64,000 bases of DNA from Asaia bogorensis. Lineage in GTDB: Bacteria > Pseudomonadota > Alphaproteobacteria > CACIAM-22H2. The stretch spans positions 40,486-104,485 of the forward strand of contig CAMDDQ010000001.1 of the NCBI GenBank assembly GCA_945892765.1, read 5' to 3'. The notes beneath the pieces are model-generated. The model saw nothing but the letters and a program-made list of their open reading frames with translations. It did not search any database and was not told the DNA's origin. Below, in pieces: positions 8,281 to 18,258 of this stretch; position 1 is the stretch's first letter, and the number at the start of each line of letters is the position of its first letter. A program made the position numbers and the translations under genes.

Positions 8281-10680
8281 TTAGAGACCCCGGTTAGAAA
8301 GCGAGAAGAACTCGTCCGGGCTAACACGAATGGCGGCGCCGGTCGGACAGGCCCGCACGCAGGACGGTCCGCCTTCGATGCCTTTGCACATGTCGCATTT
8401 CACCGCCATCTTGCGTTTGTTGGGGTCCTTTTTCTTGCCGTGGGTGGCTTCCCAGTCCTCGCCGGGTCCATGGCCCAGCCCAAACAACATCCAAGCCAGC
8501 AAACCCGGCTTGGCCGGCGGCTCCGCCGACATGTGGATGACGTGATAGGGACAGTTGCGCTCGCAATTGCCGCAGCCAATGCATTTTTCGTCGATGAACA
8601 CCTCGCCATTCGGCGAACGATGGATGGCGTCGGCCGGGCAGTCGGACATGCAGTGCGGATGTTCACAATGCCGGCACGACGTTGGCACATGGATCGAGGC
8701 ATAGGTCGGCCCAGCCTCGCGATCGAGCCGCGACACGCCGTGATGGGTCTCGGCGCAGGCCTTTTCGCAATTGTCGCACCGCACGCACAGCGATTCGTCG
8801 ATCAGCAGAACGTCAGTTGCCTCGCCCAACCCTTGATCGAGCAGGAACTGCATCAGGTTCGAGTGGTCGGGGCGGCCTTCCATGCGGACGTTTTCGACGA
8901 GCCGCGCTTGGAACCGAGCCTCGACCTCTACGCGCAACTCCGGCGAGCACTCGAGCAGGCCGCGAAAGGCGCCGCCGTCGATCTTTATGGCCTCCGTCGC
9001 CACCGCCGCCCGCACCGTGGCGGTGCGCCGGCTCTTGGTCAGCAGCGCCATTTCGCCGACATAGTGGCCAGCCGGAACATACGACAAAACCACGTCGCGG
9101 CCGCCCAGGCTGCGCGACACGGTCACCGACCCGCTGCGGATCAGATAGACGTTGTCGCCGACATCACCCTCCTTGATCAGCACGTCGCCCGCACTGAAGG
9201 ACTGGATGGTGGCCGTCCGCACGACATCGACGAGGTCGCGCTTGGAAACCTGCGGCGCCAGATGGGTCTGAACCTGGCGGATCATGGCGGTCTCGTCGAG
9301 AACACGTTTGGCCGCGGCGATCGAGCGAGTCAGCTTGATGACCTGCCTGCGCGGCGTCTCGATCAACACGCAATCGGCGCCCGCCACGACCGTCGCCGTG
9401 CGGCGGCGGCCGGAAATCAAACCCATCTCGCCGAAGAATTCGCCGGTCTTCAGCGTCACCTTGATCGCCGGGTTTTCGGCGCTGACCTGGACATCGACCG
9501 ACCCCGACAGGATCGAATAGAAGCTGTTGGAGTAATCGTTGCGCTTGAAAACGGTCTCGCCCTGCTTGGGCACATGGACGTCGCTGTCGAGCAGGAATTC
9601 TCGAAGCTGCAGCTTGGTCAGCGAGGAGAACATCGGCACGCGCTGTTGCACGCCTTCCAGGAACTGCGAGACCGTCACCCCTTGTAGGCCGGTGAGTTTT
9701 GCCTCAAGCAACGGCTCGTCGGCCGGCTTCACCTCATTCCCCAGGATGTACTCGATTACCTCATAGCCCTGGTTCATGCAGTGTTTGATTAGGGGATAAC
9801 CGGCCAGCGCGCCGATGATGTAAAGCCCCTTCACGTTCGATTCGTAGCTGTCGCTGACCCCCGGAACCGAGGCCGGATCGGCGTTGGGGAACACGATGCC
9901 GCAGGCTTCGACGAATTTGCGCGGCGGCAGGGCGCCAATACGAGCGATGACCCGGTGGCACTTGACCACCGCCTCACCCTCCGGGGTTTTCAGAAAAATG
10001 GCGCTGGGATCGGTCTCGACCTTAATGACCTTGGTGTTGAAATAACACTGGATGCGGCCGTCCTTGATGGCCGATTCGATCAGTGCGACGTTGCCCGCCT
10101 TGGCGCGGGCGAAATCGCCCATGACGTTGACGACGATGACCTCGTTCTGGGCGGCCAGCGCGATGGCGTTTTCGAGCCCGGCATCACCGGCGCCGATCAC
10201 AACGATGGTTTCGTCTTTGTATTCTTCTGGATCGTCGAGCTGGTACTGGACGTTGGGGCCGGTTTCGCCGGGTACGCCTAGGGTGCGGATATTGCCCTGC
10301 AATCCAATGGCGAGCACAACGGCATCGGCGGTGAGCGTTTGTTTGTTGGCGAGCGTGATCGTGAAGATCGCGCCGTCCTTCTTGATGCCCGCGACATCGG
10401 CGTTTTGGCGCAGGTTGAATTTCAACTCGCCGGTGCTTTTGTCCCAGGAACCGAGGATGGTTTCGCGGGCGCCTTCCTTGAATTGAAGATCGCTGCGCAG
10501 GGGCAGGACCTCCGGCGTCGCCATGACGTGTTTTTTCTTCTGATACTTGTAGATCGTATCGGAAAGATGGGTGGTGCGTTCGAGCAGGACATAAGACGCG
10601 CCGCGCTTGGCGGCACGCCCCGCCGCGCTTAATCCCGCCGGGCCCGATCCGACAATCGCGATCGCATAGTGTTCGGCCAT
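8281..10680 (-). CDS. NAD(P)/FAD pyridine-nucleotide-disulfide oxidoreductase fused to two cNMP-binding domains and multi-cluster 4Fe-4S ferredoxin domains
   Basis: GSGPAGLSAAG and VVIGAGDAGLENA Rossmann motifs; two CAP-type cNMP-binding segments (FGEMGLISGRRRTATVVA, VGEMALLTKSRRTATVRA); Cys clusters CVRCDNCEKAC, CRHCEHPHCMSDCP, CIGCGNCERNCP, CDMC...CVRACP. Confidence 0.8.
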   Translation of the reverse strand: MAEHYAIAIVGSGPAGLSAAGRAAKRGASYVLLERTTHLSDTIYKYQKKKHVMATPEVLPLRSDLQFKEGARETILGSWDKSTGELKFNLRQNADVAGIKKDGAIFTITLANKQTLTADAVVLAIGLQGNIRTLGVPGETGPNVQYQLDDPEEYKDETIVVIGAGDAGLENAIALAAQNEVIVVNVMGDFARAKAGNVALIESAIKDGRIQCYFNTKVIKVETDPSAIFLKTPEGEAVVKCHRVIARIGALPPRKFVEACGIVFPNADPASVPGVSDSYESNVKGLYIIGALAGYPLIKHCMNQGYEVIEYILGNEVKPADEPLLEAKLTGLQGVTVSQFLEGVQQRVPMFSSLTKLQLREFLLDSDVHVPKQGETVFKRNDYSNSFYSILSGSVDVQVSAENPAIKVTLKTGEFFGEMGLISGRRRTATVVAGADCVLIETPRRQVIKLTRSIAAAKRVLDETAMIRQVQTHLAPQVSKRDLVDVVRTATIQSFSAGDVLIKEGDVGDNVYLIRSGSVTVSRSLGGRDVVLSYVPAGHYVGEMALLTKSRRTATVRAAVATEAIKIDGGAFRGLLECSPELRVEVEARFQARLVENVRMEGRPDHSNLMQFLLDQGLGEATDVLLIDESLCVRCDNCEKACAETHHGVSRLDREAGPTYASIHVPTSCRHCEHPHCMSDCPADAIHRSPNGEVFIDEKCIGCGNCERNCPYHVIHMSAEPPAKPGLLAWMLFGLGHGPGEDWEATHGKKKDPNKRKMAVKCDMCKGIEGGPSCVRACPTGAAIRVSPDEFFSLSNRGL

Positions 10681-11072
10681 GCCGGCCCCCCCTCGGACAC
10701 GTCAACGTTTATCTTGAGCCCCCGAACCCGAATCGACACTTCGCGAAAGGTCCGAGCCGCCAGGATTTCATAGACACGTTAGGGTTATAGCCCGACGGTT
10801 GTCAATTTCGGAGTGTCCTTCTACAGTGCATTTCTGTCACGTCGAACGCGCCCGCAACAGGGGGGAACCAACGGGTGACAAAGCGGCGACGTTCCAGTAC
10901 CCGCTATGGAGCCTGATCGGCGATTTCCCCATGGCCGCGCTGATGGCGATGGGCAGGATGCAGCGAGAAGTGGACAAAGTTGTGGGGGCCCGTCGGGCGA
11001 AGCCCGACTGACTCCGGAGTCGGCCGTTTCGCCGGCAGGGGCCTCCACGCCCCCAATAATCCAGGTCGGTGT

Positions 11073-11687
11073 TTAGGTCTTCCGGCGCAGCGGGCGGATG
11101 CGGGTGAGGTCGGCGGCTTCGGGTTCTCCCCAACGTTTGACCAAACCGAGATCGAGGTCGAACTGATCGAGGATGCGGCCGACCGTTTGGTTGACGATGT
11201 CGTTCACGGTGGCGGGTTTGGCATAAAAGGCCGGCACCGGCGGCATCACCACCGCGCCCATTTCCGTCACCGCCGCCATGCTGCGCAGATGTCCCAGATG
11301 CAGCGGCGTTTCGCGCACCGCCAACACCAGCCGCCGCCTTTCCTTCAGGGTGACGTCGGCGGCCCGGCTCAACAGGCTCGAGGTCACGCCGGAAGCGATC
11401 TCCGACAAAGTGCGGATCGAACAGGGCACGATCGCCATGCCGAGTGTCTTGAAGGAACCGCTGGCCAGCGACGCACCGATATCCGTGACCGCATGGAAGA
11501 CCGCAGCGAGATCGCGCACTTGGGCGACCTTTAGCGTCGTTTCATGGGCCAGCGTGATTTCGGCGGAGCGCGACATCACCAGATGTGTTTCGACATCGGT
11601 CCCGCGCAGCGCTTCCAGCAGCCGAATGCCGTAGACGACGCCGGACGCGCCGCTGATGCCGACGACTAATCTTTTGGGAGAAGCCAT
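11073..11687 (-). CDS. ubiX: flavin prenyltransferase UbiX
   Basis: MASPKRLVVGISGASGVVYGIRLLEAL matches the UbiX/Pad1 N-terminus. Start placed at M13 of the ORF-track frame. Confidence 0.85.
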   Translation of the reverse strand: MASPKRLVVGISGASGVVYGIRLLEALRGTDVETHLVMSRSAEITLAHETTLKVAQVRDLAAVFHAVTDIGASLASGSFKTLGMAIVPCSIRTLSEIASGVTSSLLSRAADVTLKERRRLVLAVRETPLHLGHLRSMAAVTEMGAVVMPPVPAFYAKPATVNDIVNQTVGRILDQFDLDLGLVKRWGEPEAADLTRIRPLRRKT

Positions 11688-11827
11688 GACAACCATCCTA
11701 CCGGCGGCCCGGCAAAGCGGCAATGCGAAGCGCGGCCTTGCCTCGCCGGTATGAAAGACGCACCCTATCCTCCGTGAGCGCCGATTCGCCAGAAGCCGAA
11801 AACGCCAACGCCACCCATCGCGAAAAG

Positions 11828-12397
11828 ATGGCGCGGATCAAGGCGGCACGCGACCGCATGATGGCGACCAAGACCGAACAACGCGGCCTGCTCATTGTCC
11901 ATACCGGCAAGGGCAAGGGCAAATCGACCGCCGCCTTCGGCATGGCCTTGCGCGCCATCGGCCATGGGATGCGAATCGGCATCGTGCAATTCATCAAGGG
12001 CGCGTGGAATTGCGGCGAGCGCGGCGCGCTGGAACATTTCGCCGAGTTGGTGACCATCCGCGCGATGGGGGAGGGCTTCACCTGGGAAACCCAGGATCGC
12101 GAGCGCGACATCGCCGCGGCGAGCCGGGCCTGGGACATGGCAAAATCGATGATCGCCGATGCCGGTTACGACATGGTGATTCTCGACGAGTTGAACGTCG
12201 CGCTGCGTTATGGCTATCTGCCCCTCACCGAGGTCCTGGATGTGTTCCGGTCGCGGCCGCCGGGGCTGCACGTCGTTGTCACCGGCCGCAACGCCGCGCC
12301 CGAATTGATCGACCTCGCCGATCTCGTCACCGAAATGACCATGGTCAAACATCCGTTTCGCGATGGAATCAAGGCGCAGAAGGGGGTCGAGTTTTGA
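11828..12397 (+). CDS. cobO: cob(I)alamin adenosyltransferase CobO/BtuR
   Basis: GLLIVHTGKGKGKSTAAFGMALRAIGHGMRIGIVQFIKG is the BtuR P-loop signature. Start at M36 of the ORF frame by N-terminal alignment. Confidence 0.85.
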   Translation: MARIKAARDRMMATKTEQRGLLIVHTGKGKGKSTAAFGMALRAIGHGMRIGIVQFIKGAWNCGERGALEHFAELVTIRAMGEGFTWETQDRERDIAAASRAWDMAKSMIADAGYDMVILDELNVALRYGYLPLTEVLDVFRSRPPGLHVVVTGRNAAPELIDLADLVTEMTMVKHPFRDGIKAQKGVEF

Positions 12398-12444
12398 GGC
12401 CACCCGCCGCCATTCACGCCCCTACCCAAAGATTGGAGGCATCC

Positions 12445-13146
12445 ATGCTCCGCACTGCTATCCCGCACATCAACCAATCCCGCCGGTCCTTTTTGACCAC
12501 CGGGCTGGCTGCCGGAATCGGCGCCGCAACCTTGGCCGCGCCCGCCCGCGCCGATCAGCCCCTGGTCGATCGCGCCCGCCTTACCTTGCAGGCGCTGCTC
12601 GTCGACCGTGACTACGCCACCTTTCAACGCCTTCTGCCATTGGCCAAGGCCACCTTGATCGTGCCCAATCTGTTCAAGGCCGGATTGTTCCTGGGCGCCG
12701 AGGGCGGCGATGGCGTTCTTCTCGTCCGCGATCCGGGGCGCGGCTGGAGCCCGCCTGCCTTCTATGCCCTGGCCAGCGGCAGCATTGGCCTGCAAATCGG
12801 CGTGCAGGACGCCCAAGTCGTGTTGTTGATCATGAACGAGAAGGGGCTGAACGCGCTGACCCGCGATCAGGTCAAGCTGGGCGCCGACATCAGCATCGCC
12901 GCCGGCCCGGTCGGCGCCGGGCTGGACGCGGCAACCACGACCAATCTGGGCGAGGACATTTATTCTTTCTCCAAGACCCGCGGGCTGTTCGGCGGCTTGT
13001 CGCTCGAAGGCACGGTCATCTATCGCCGCGACGATTTTAATGCCGCCTATTACGGCGCCGGCGCCACGACCCAGACCATTGTCTTCGACCGGCGTTTCAC
13101 CAATCCCGGTGCCGCCGCCTTGATCGCCGCCCTGCCGCGAACCTGA
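12445..13146 (+). CDS. SYLF (Ysc84/DUF500) lipid-binding domain protein with a Tat signal
   Basis: Twin-arginine signal [25 protein letters not shown] and GGAG RBS. It is inserted between cobO and cobQ. Confidence 0.6.
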   Translation: MLRTAIPHINQSRRSFLTTGLAAGIGAATLAAPARADQPLVDRARLTLQALLVDRDYATFQRLLPLAKATLIVPNLFKAGLFLGAEGGDGVLLVRDPGRGWSPPAFYALASGSIGLQIGVQDAQVVLLIMNEKGLNALTRDQVKLGADISIAAGPVGAGLDAATTTNLGEDIYSFSKTRGLFGGLSLEGTVIYRRDDFNAAYYGAGATTQTIVFDRRFTNPGAAALIAALPRT

Positions 13147-13151
13147 CCGCC

Positions 13152-14669
13152 GTGAGCCGCGCGGGGGTGACGGATACCGGCATCCGCCGCGACCGCAAGC
13201 GAACCGCCGCCCTGATGATCCAGGGCACCGGCTCGGACGTTGGCAAATCCATGATCGTCGCCGGGCTGGCTCGCGCCTTCACCCGACGCGGGCTGCGCGT
13301 GCGCCCCTTCAAGCCGCAAAACATGTCGAACAACGCCGCGGTCACCGAAGATGGCGGCGAAATCGGGCGCGCCCAGGCGCTTCAGGCCCGCGCCTGCGGA
13401 ATCGCGCCGCATTCGGACATGAACCCAGTGCTGCTCAAGCCGCAATCGGACACCGGCGCGCAAATCGTCGTGCAAGGCCGCGTGTATGGCTGGGCGAACG
13501 CCGCGGAGTATCGCGGCCTAAAAGGAACTTTGCTTCCCGCCGTGCTCGAAAGCTTCGGCCGGCTCGCCGTCGATGCCGATCTGGTCCTGGTCGAAGGCGC
13601 CGGCAGCCCAGCCGAAATCAACCTCCGCGACGGCGACATCGCCAATATGGGTTTTGCGCTCGCCGCCGAGGTTCCGGTCGTTCTTGTCGGCGACATCGAA
13701 CGCGGCGGCGTCATCGCCAGCTTGGTCGGCACATATTTGCTGCTGGAACCCGCCGAACGCGCGGCCCTGAAAGGTTTCATCGTCAACAAATTCCGCGGCG
13801 ATGCCCGATTGTTCGACGACGGCATCCGCGCAATCGTGGAGCGCACGGGCATGGAATGTCTCGGCGTGGCGCCCTATTTCGATGCCGCGTCGACGTTGCC
13901 GGCGGAGGATTCCGCCAGCCTCGATTCGACCAAGCTCCGGCGCCGGACTGACGGCCATATCCGAGTCGCCATCCCGCGTTTGCCGCGCATCGCCAATTTC
14001 GACGATCTCGACCCACTCGCGGCCGAAGCCGACGTGTCGGTTGAAATGGTGCTGGCGGGCCGGCCCTTGCCCGAAGATGCCGAGCTGATCGTGCTGCCGG
14101 GTTCCAAATCCACGCTGTCCGATCTGGCTTTCCTGCGGCGGCAGGGCTGGGACATCGACATCCTCGCCCATGTCCGTCGCGGCGGCACGGTGATCGGCAT
14201 TTGCGCCGGTTATCAGATGCTGGGCACACACATCGCCGATCCCGACGGTGTGGACGGAAACGCGGGTGAAACACCCGGTCTGGGCTTGCTCGCCGTGGCA
14301 ACGATCATGGGCAGGGATAAGACGCTGATCGCGGTGAAGGGTGGCGATGCCCTAAGCGGTGCGGCCATCCGCGGTTATGAAATGCATGTCGGCGCCACGA
14401 CCGGCCCCGATCTTAAGCGCCCGATGCTGGTCATCGATGGCAAGCCGCATGGCGCCTCCAGCCGCGATGGCCGGGTCCGCGGCTGTTATATCCATGGGTT
14501 GCTCGCGTCGGACGATTATCGCGGCAAACTCTTGCGGGGCTTGCGGCCGAGCCGCGACGGCGGCGTTGCCTACGACACGCTGGTCGAATCTACCCTCGAC
14601 CGACTCGCCGATCATTTGGCCGAAGCACTCGATCTCGACCGGCTGCTGACGATAGCCCGAGCGCGGTGA
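13152..14669 (+). CDS. cobQ: cobyric acid synthase CobQ/CbiP
   Basis: [13 protein letters not shown]-loop and a C-terminal glutamine amidotransferase domain. The start may lie at a later codon. Confidence 0.9.
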   Translation: MSRAGVTDTGIRRDRKRTAALMIQGTGSDVGKSMIVAGLARAFTRRGLRVRPFKPQNMSNNAAVTEDGGEIGRAQALQARACGIAPHSDMNPVLLKPQSDTGAQIVVQGRVYGWANAAEYRGLKGTLLPAVLESFGRLAVDADLVLVEGAGSPAEINLRDGDIANMGFALAAEVPVVLVGDIERGGVIASLVGTYLLLEPAERAALKGFIVNKFRGDARLFDDGIRAIVERTGMECLGVAPYFDAASTLPAEDSASLDSTKLRRRTDGHIRVAIPRLPRIANFDDLDPLAAEADVSVEMVLAGRPLPEDAELIVLPGSKSTLSDLAFLRRQGWDIDILAHVRRGGTVIGICAGYQMLGTHIADPDGVDGNAGETPGLGLLAVATIMGRDKTLIAVKGGDALSGAAIRGYEMHVGATTGPDLKRPMLVIDGKPHGASSRDGRVRGCYIHGLLASDDYRGKLLRGLRPSRDGGVAYDTLVESTLDRLADHLAEALDLDRLLTIARAR

Positions 14670-15668
14670 TCAGCTTCCGAGGCTGACCCAAGCCAGTCCG
14701 GCGACAAGCATGGCGTTGAGCAGACACGCGGCGACAAACATGAACAGCGCCCGGCGGATATCGCCGGCAGTGGCGCGCGCGCGGCCTTCGCCGATCCAGC
14801 GGTCGTTGACGAATTCGCCGGGGTAACGCCGCGGCCCGGCCAAAGCGAGGTCGAGCGCGCCCGCCATCGCCGCCTCCGGCCAGCCGGAATTGATCGAGCG
14901 ATGATGGCCCGAATCGCGCAACGTCGTTTTCAACGCCCGCCAGGGATTGGCCGTGGGCACGAAAAACGCGGCGAGGATCATCAGCAAGGCGCTCAACCGG
15001 GCGGGAACGAGGTTCAGCGCGTCGTCGAGCCGCGCCGCGGTCATGCCGAACGCCCGATACCGGGCGCTGCGATGGCCGATCATGCTGTCGAGCGTGCTAG
15101 CGGTCTTGTAGACGAACAGGCCGGGCAGCCCGGCCAGGGCGTACCAGAACACCGGCGCCACCACGGCGTCCGAGAAATTCTCCGCGCAGGATTCGATGGC
15201 GGCGCGGGCCACGCCGTGTTCGTCCAGGCTTTCCGGATCGCGGCCGACGATATGGCGCACGGCGTCCCGCCCGGCGTATAGTCCGCCCTTATCCAGGGCC
15301 ACGGCCACCGCTCGCACGTGATCGAACAGGCTGCGCTGCGCGACGAGGACGGCGACCAGGAAAAGTTCGAGCGCCCCACTCCAGACCCAGCCTTGGCCGA
15401 TCCATTGGATGAACCAAGCGACTCCGCCAGCGGACCCGCACAACACCAGGACGACGAAGGCGCCGCGCAGCGTTCGGTCGGCCTTGCTGCGGCTGTCCCG
15501 GTTGAGGCGGAGTTCCAGGAATTCGATGGCCCGGCCGACCAGTGCGACCGGGTGCGGCACGAAACGGAACAGTTGCGGCAGATCGCCGAGAACGGCGTCT
15601 ATCGCCAGCGCCAGCAATAGAATAATGAATGGATCGACGGCGACGGTCTCGGCTTCCCCCATGGCCAA
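14670..15668 (-). CDS. cobD: adenosylcobinamide-phosphate synthase CobD/CbiB
   Basis: Polytopic membrane protein of the CobD/CbiB family. Convergent with cobQ and divergent from cbiX. Confidence 0.85.
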   Translation of the reverse strand: MAMGEAETVAVDPFIILLLALAIDAVLGDLPQLFRFVPHPVALVGRAIEFLELRLNRDSRSKADRTLRGAFVVLVLCGSAGGVAWFIQWIGQGWVWSGALELFLVAVLVAQRSLFDHVRAVAVALDKGGLYAGRDAVRHIVGRDPESLDEHGVARAAIESCAENFSDAVVAPVFWYALAGLPGLFVYKTASTLDSMIGHRSARYRAFGMTAARLDDALNLVPARLSALLMILAAFFVPTANPWRALKTTLRDSGHHRSINSGWPEAAMAGALDLALAGPRRYPGEFVNDRWIGEGRARATAGDIRRALFMFVAACLLNAMLVAGLAWVSLGS

Positions 15669-15728
15669 AGCATGGGACGCGGAGTCGGGCGCGTCAATGA
15701 GAGCGAAACCAAGGTCGAGGCCGCAACG

Positions 15729-16700
15729 ATGGACGATGTCGCGATTCTAATCTGCGCCCATGGCAGCCGCGACGGCGACGCCATAACCGAGCTGGAGGCG
15801 TTGGCCGCCGGCATGAGGCGGCGTCTGCCCCACCGCGAAATCGGCGCGGCCTATTTGGAATTCGCCCGCCCCACCATCCGCGAAGGGCTGGAGGCGCTGG
15901 TCGCGCGCGGCGCCCGCCGCATCCATGCCCTTCCCGCCATGCTGTTCGCCGCCGGCCATGTGAAGAACGACCTGCCTTGGGAGTTGAACAGCTTCGCCGC
16001 CGACCATAAGGGCGTGGAATTGGCTTATGGCCGTGATCTCGGCATAGACGCCCGTTTGTTGGCGGCGGCGCGCGCCCGCATCGAGGCAGCCGAAAAAGTG
16101 TCGCCGCGCGCGATCGCGCGCAAGGAAACGCTGCTGCTGGTCATCGGCCGCGGCACCAACGATCCCGACGCCAATGGCAACATCGCCAAGATTGCGAGCA
16201 TGTTGTGGGAAGGCATGGGCTTCGGCTGGGCGATGGTCGGCTATAGCGGCGTTGCCCAGCCCCTGACGCCCGATGCGCTCGCATATGCCCAGCGGCTCGG
16301 CTTTAAGCGGATCGTGGTCTTTCCCTATTTCCTGTTCACCGGGGTGCTGGTGAAACGGATTTACGCCGCCACCGCCGAAGCCGCCGCCGCCCATCCCGAA
16401 ACTGAAATTCTCAAGGCGAGCTACCTCAACGATCACCCCGAGGTTCTCGACACCTTCATCGACCATCTGGCCGAAATCGGCCGGGGCGAGAATCTGATGA
16501 ATTGCCGGCTGTGCAAATACCGCGAAAGGCTGGTCGGGTACGAAAGCGCCGTCGGTGCGCCGCAGGTCGGGCATCATATCCATGTCCGCGGCATCGGCAC
16601 CGATGCCGATCATCATCACGATCACGAGCACGATCATGACCACGATCATGACCGCGATCATGGCCATCACGACCACGGCCATCGGCGCGATTCAAAATAG
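15729..16700 (+). CDS. cbiX: sirohydrochlorin cobaltochelatase CbiX, long form with a His-rich C-terminal tail
   Basis: MDDVAILICAHGSRDG N-terminus, a duplicated CbiX fold, a CxxC pair and the tail HHHDHEHDHDHDHDRDHGHHDHGH. Confidence 0.8.
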   Translation: MDDVAILICAHGSRDGDAITELEALAAGMRRRLPHREIGAAYLEFARPTIREGLEALVARGARRIHALPAMLFAAGHVKNDLPWELNSFAADHKGVELAYGRDLGIDARLLAAARARIEAAEKVSPRAIARKETLLLVIGRGTNDPDANGNIAKIASMLWEGMGFGWAMVGYSGVAQPLTPDALAYAQRLGFKRIVVFPYFLFTGVLVKRIYAATAEAAAAHPETEILKASYLNDHPEVLDTFIDHLAEIGRGENLMNCRLCKYRERLVGYESAVGAPQVGHHIHVRGIGTDADHHHDHEHDHDHDHDRDHGHHDHGHRRDSK

Positions 16701-16704
16701 CCGC

Positions 16705-18258
16705 ATGAGGCAGTTCGACGCCTATGTGATGGTCGATTGGAGCGCCGCCTCGAAGCCCGTCACCGGAAAAAACAGCATCTGGTATGCGGTCGGGCGGCGC
16801 GGCAAGGCCGGGCCGGATATCGAAACCGGAAACGTCGCGACACGTTCCGCCGCGATCGCGGAAATCAGGCGCCGGCTGATGGATTTCCAGGCGCGGAAAC
16901 AATCGGTGTTGGTCGGCTGGGACTTTCCCCACGGTTATCCGCGCGGATTCGCGCGCCGGCTTGGGCTGGGCGGTACGCCCTGGGACGCGACCTGGCGTTT
17001 CCTCGCCGAACGCAGCGACCTCGTTGACGCGGAGGACAATTCCAACAACCGGTTCGAGATCGCCGCCGCCCTCAACCGCAACCATTTCAAAGCCGGCTTT
17101 CCGTTTTGGGGCCATCCGGCGGGCCGCAGAATCGCCGGGTTAAAGCCGACCAAGACCCCGGGCTTCGGGCAGGGTGAAATCGCGGAAAGACGCCTGATCG
17201 AAACGGCGCCCTATGTCGCCAAGGCGAAATCGGTCTGGCAACTCGCTTATAACGGCTCGGTCGGCAGTCAGGCGCTTCTGGGCATCCCCTGTGTGCATCG
17301 GCTGCGGCACGATCGCGACCTGGCCCCGCATTCCACCATATGGCCGTTCGAGACCGGGCTGCGCGCCCTGACCCGTCCGGCCACGGCCGAGCCCTGGATC
17401 GTCCATGCCGAAATCTATCCGTCCCTGTGGTCTTCGCGGATCAAGCCGGAGCCCGGCCAGACTTTGGACGAGGCGCAGGTTCGTGCCGTCGTCTCCCTTC
17501 TCGCCGAGCGCGACGACGCCGGGGCGCTGCCGCGCCTGTTCGCCGGCCCCTCCGATTTGAGCGCGGCCGAACGGCGGAGTGTTGAGCAGGAGGAAGGCTG
17601 GATATTCGGCGTGACAGGAAAGCTGGACTATGAACGCGATCCCCAAGCCATCTACCGGCGTTCCTTCGCCACCATCACCGAGGAAGCCAATCTCGCGCGC
17701 CTGCCGCGGGACATGGTGGCGATCGCCACCCGCCTTATTCATGCCTGCGGCATGACCGATGTCGTCGACGATCTCGCCTGGTCGGCCGACGCCGCGGCCG
17801 CGGGTCGCCAAGCGCTCGCGGGCGGCGCCCCGATCCTAGTCGATTCGCGCATGGTCGAAGCCGGCATCATCACCGCACGCCTAACGGCCGGCAACAGCAT
17901 CGTCTGCACACTGCGCGACAAAGGCGTCGACGGGCTCGCGCGCAAACTCGGAACGACACGTTCCGCCGCGGCCGTGGAAAAATGGCGCACCCGGCTTGCC
18001 GGCGCCGTCGTCGCCATCGGCAACGCACCCACAGCGCTGTTCCGCCTGCTCGAATTGCTCGACGAAGGGGCCGAGCGCCCGGCCGTGATTCTCGGCTTTC
18101 CCGTCGGTTTCGTCGGGGCCGCCGAAGCCAAAGCGGCGCTGGAGGCCGATTCGCGCGGCGTGCCCTTCATTACTTTACGTGGCCGTCGCGGCGGCAGCGC
18201 CATGGCCGCGGCCGCCGTCAACGCCCTGGCGCGGCCTGAAAACGAGGACAGCGCATGA
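16705..18258 (+). CDS. cobH: fusion of an uncharacterised ~330-aa N-terminal domain with precorrin-8X methylmutase CobH/CbiC
   Basis: The C-terminal ~190 aa (AIYRRSFATITEEANLARLPRDMVAIATRLIHACGMTDVVDDL...) align to CobH. The N-terminal domain (MRQFDAYVMVDWSAAS...WDFPHGYPRGFARRLG) has no recognised family. Confidence 0.75.
   Translation: MRQFDAYVMVDWSAASKPVTGKNSIWYAVGRRGKAGPDIETGNVATRSAAIAEIRRRLMDFQARKQSVLVGWDFPHGYPRGFARRLGLGGTPWDATWRFLAERSDLVDAEDNSNNRFEIAAALNRNHFKAGFPFWGHPAGRRIAGLKPTKTPGFGQGEIAERRLIETAPYVAKAKSVWQLAYNGSVGSQALLGIPCVHRLRHDRDLAPHSTIWPFETGLRALTRPATAEPWIVHAEIYPSLWSSRIKPEPGQTLDEAQVRAVVSLLAERDDAGALPRLFAGPSDLSAAERRSVEQEEGWIFGVTGKLDYERDPQAIYRRSFATITEEANLARLPRDMVAIATRLIHACGMTDVVDDLAWSADAAAAGRQALAGGAPILVDSRMVEAGIITARLTAGNSIVCTLRDKGVDGLARKLGTTRSAAAVEKWRTRLAGAVVAIGNAPTALFRLLELLDEGAERPAVILGFPVGFVGAAEAKAALEADSRGVPFITLRGRRGGSAMAAAAVNALARPENEDSA

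Noticed and set aside
10799-11011. 70-aa ORF in the ubiX / flavoprotein intergenic region.
   Set aside because: It has no RBS, its composition is unlike coding sequence, and it lies in a probable promoter/terminator region.
10840-11050. Possible cobalamin riboswitch. AACAGGGGGGAACC...GGGTGACAAAG...CCCGCTATGG loosely resembles the AAxAGGGAA...GGTGxAA...CCCGCAACTG core.
   Set aside because: No B12 box (GCCACTG) and no GGGAAGGC segment are present. The downstream plus-strand gene is not immediately adjacent, because ubiX lies antisense in between. Similarity is at the level expected by chance in GC-rich DNA, and a covariance-model search would be needed.
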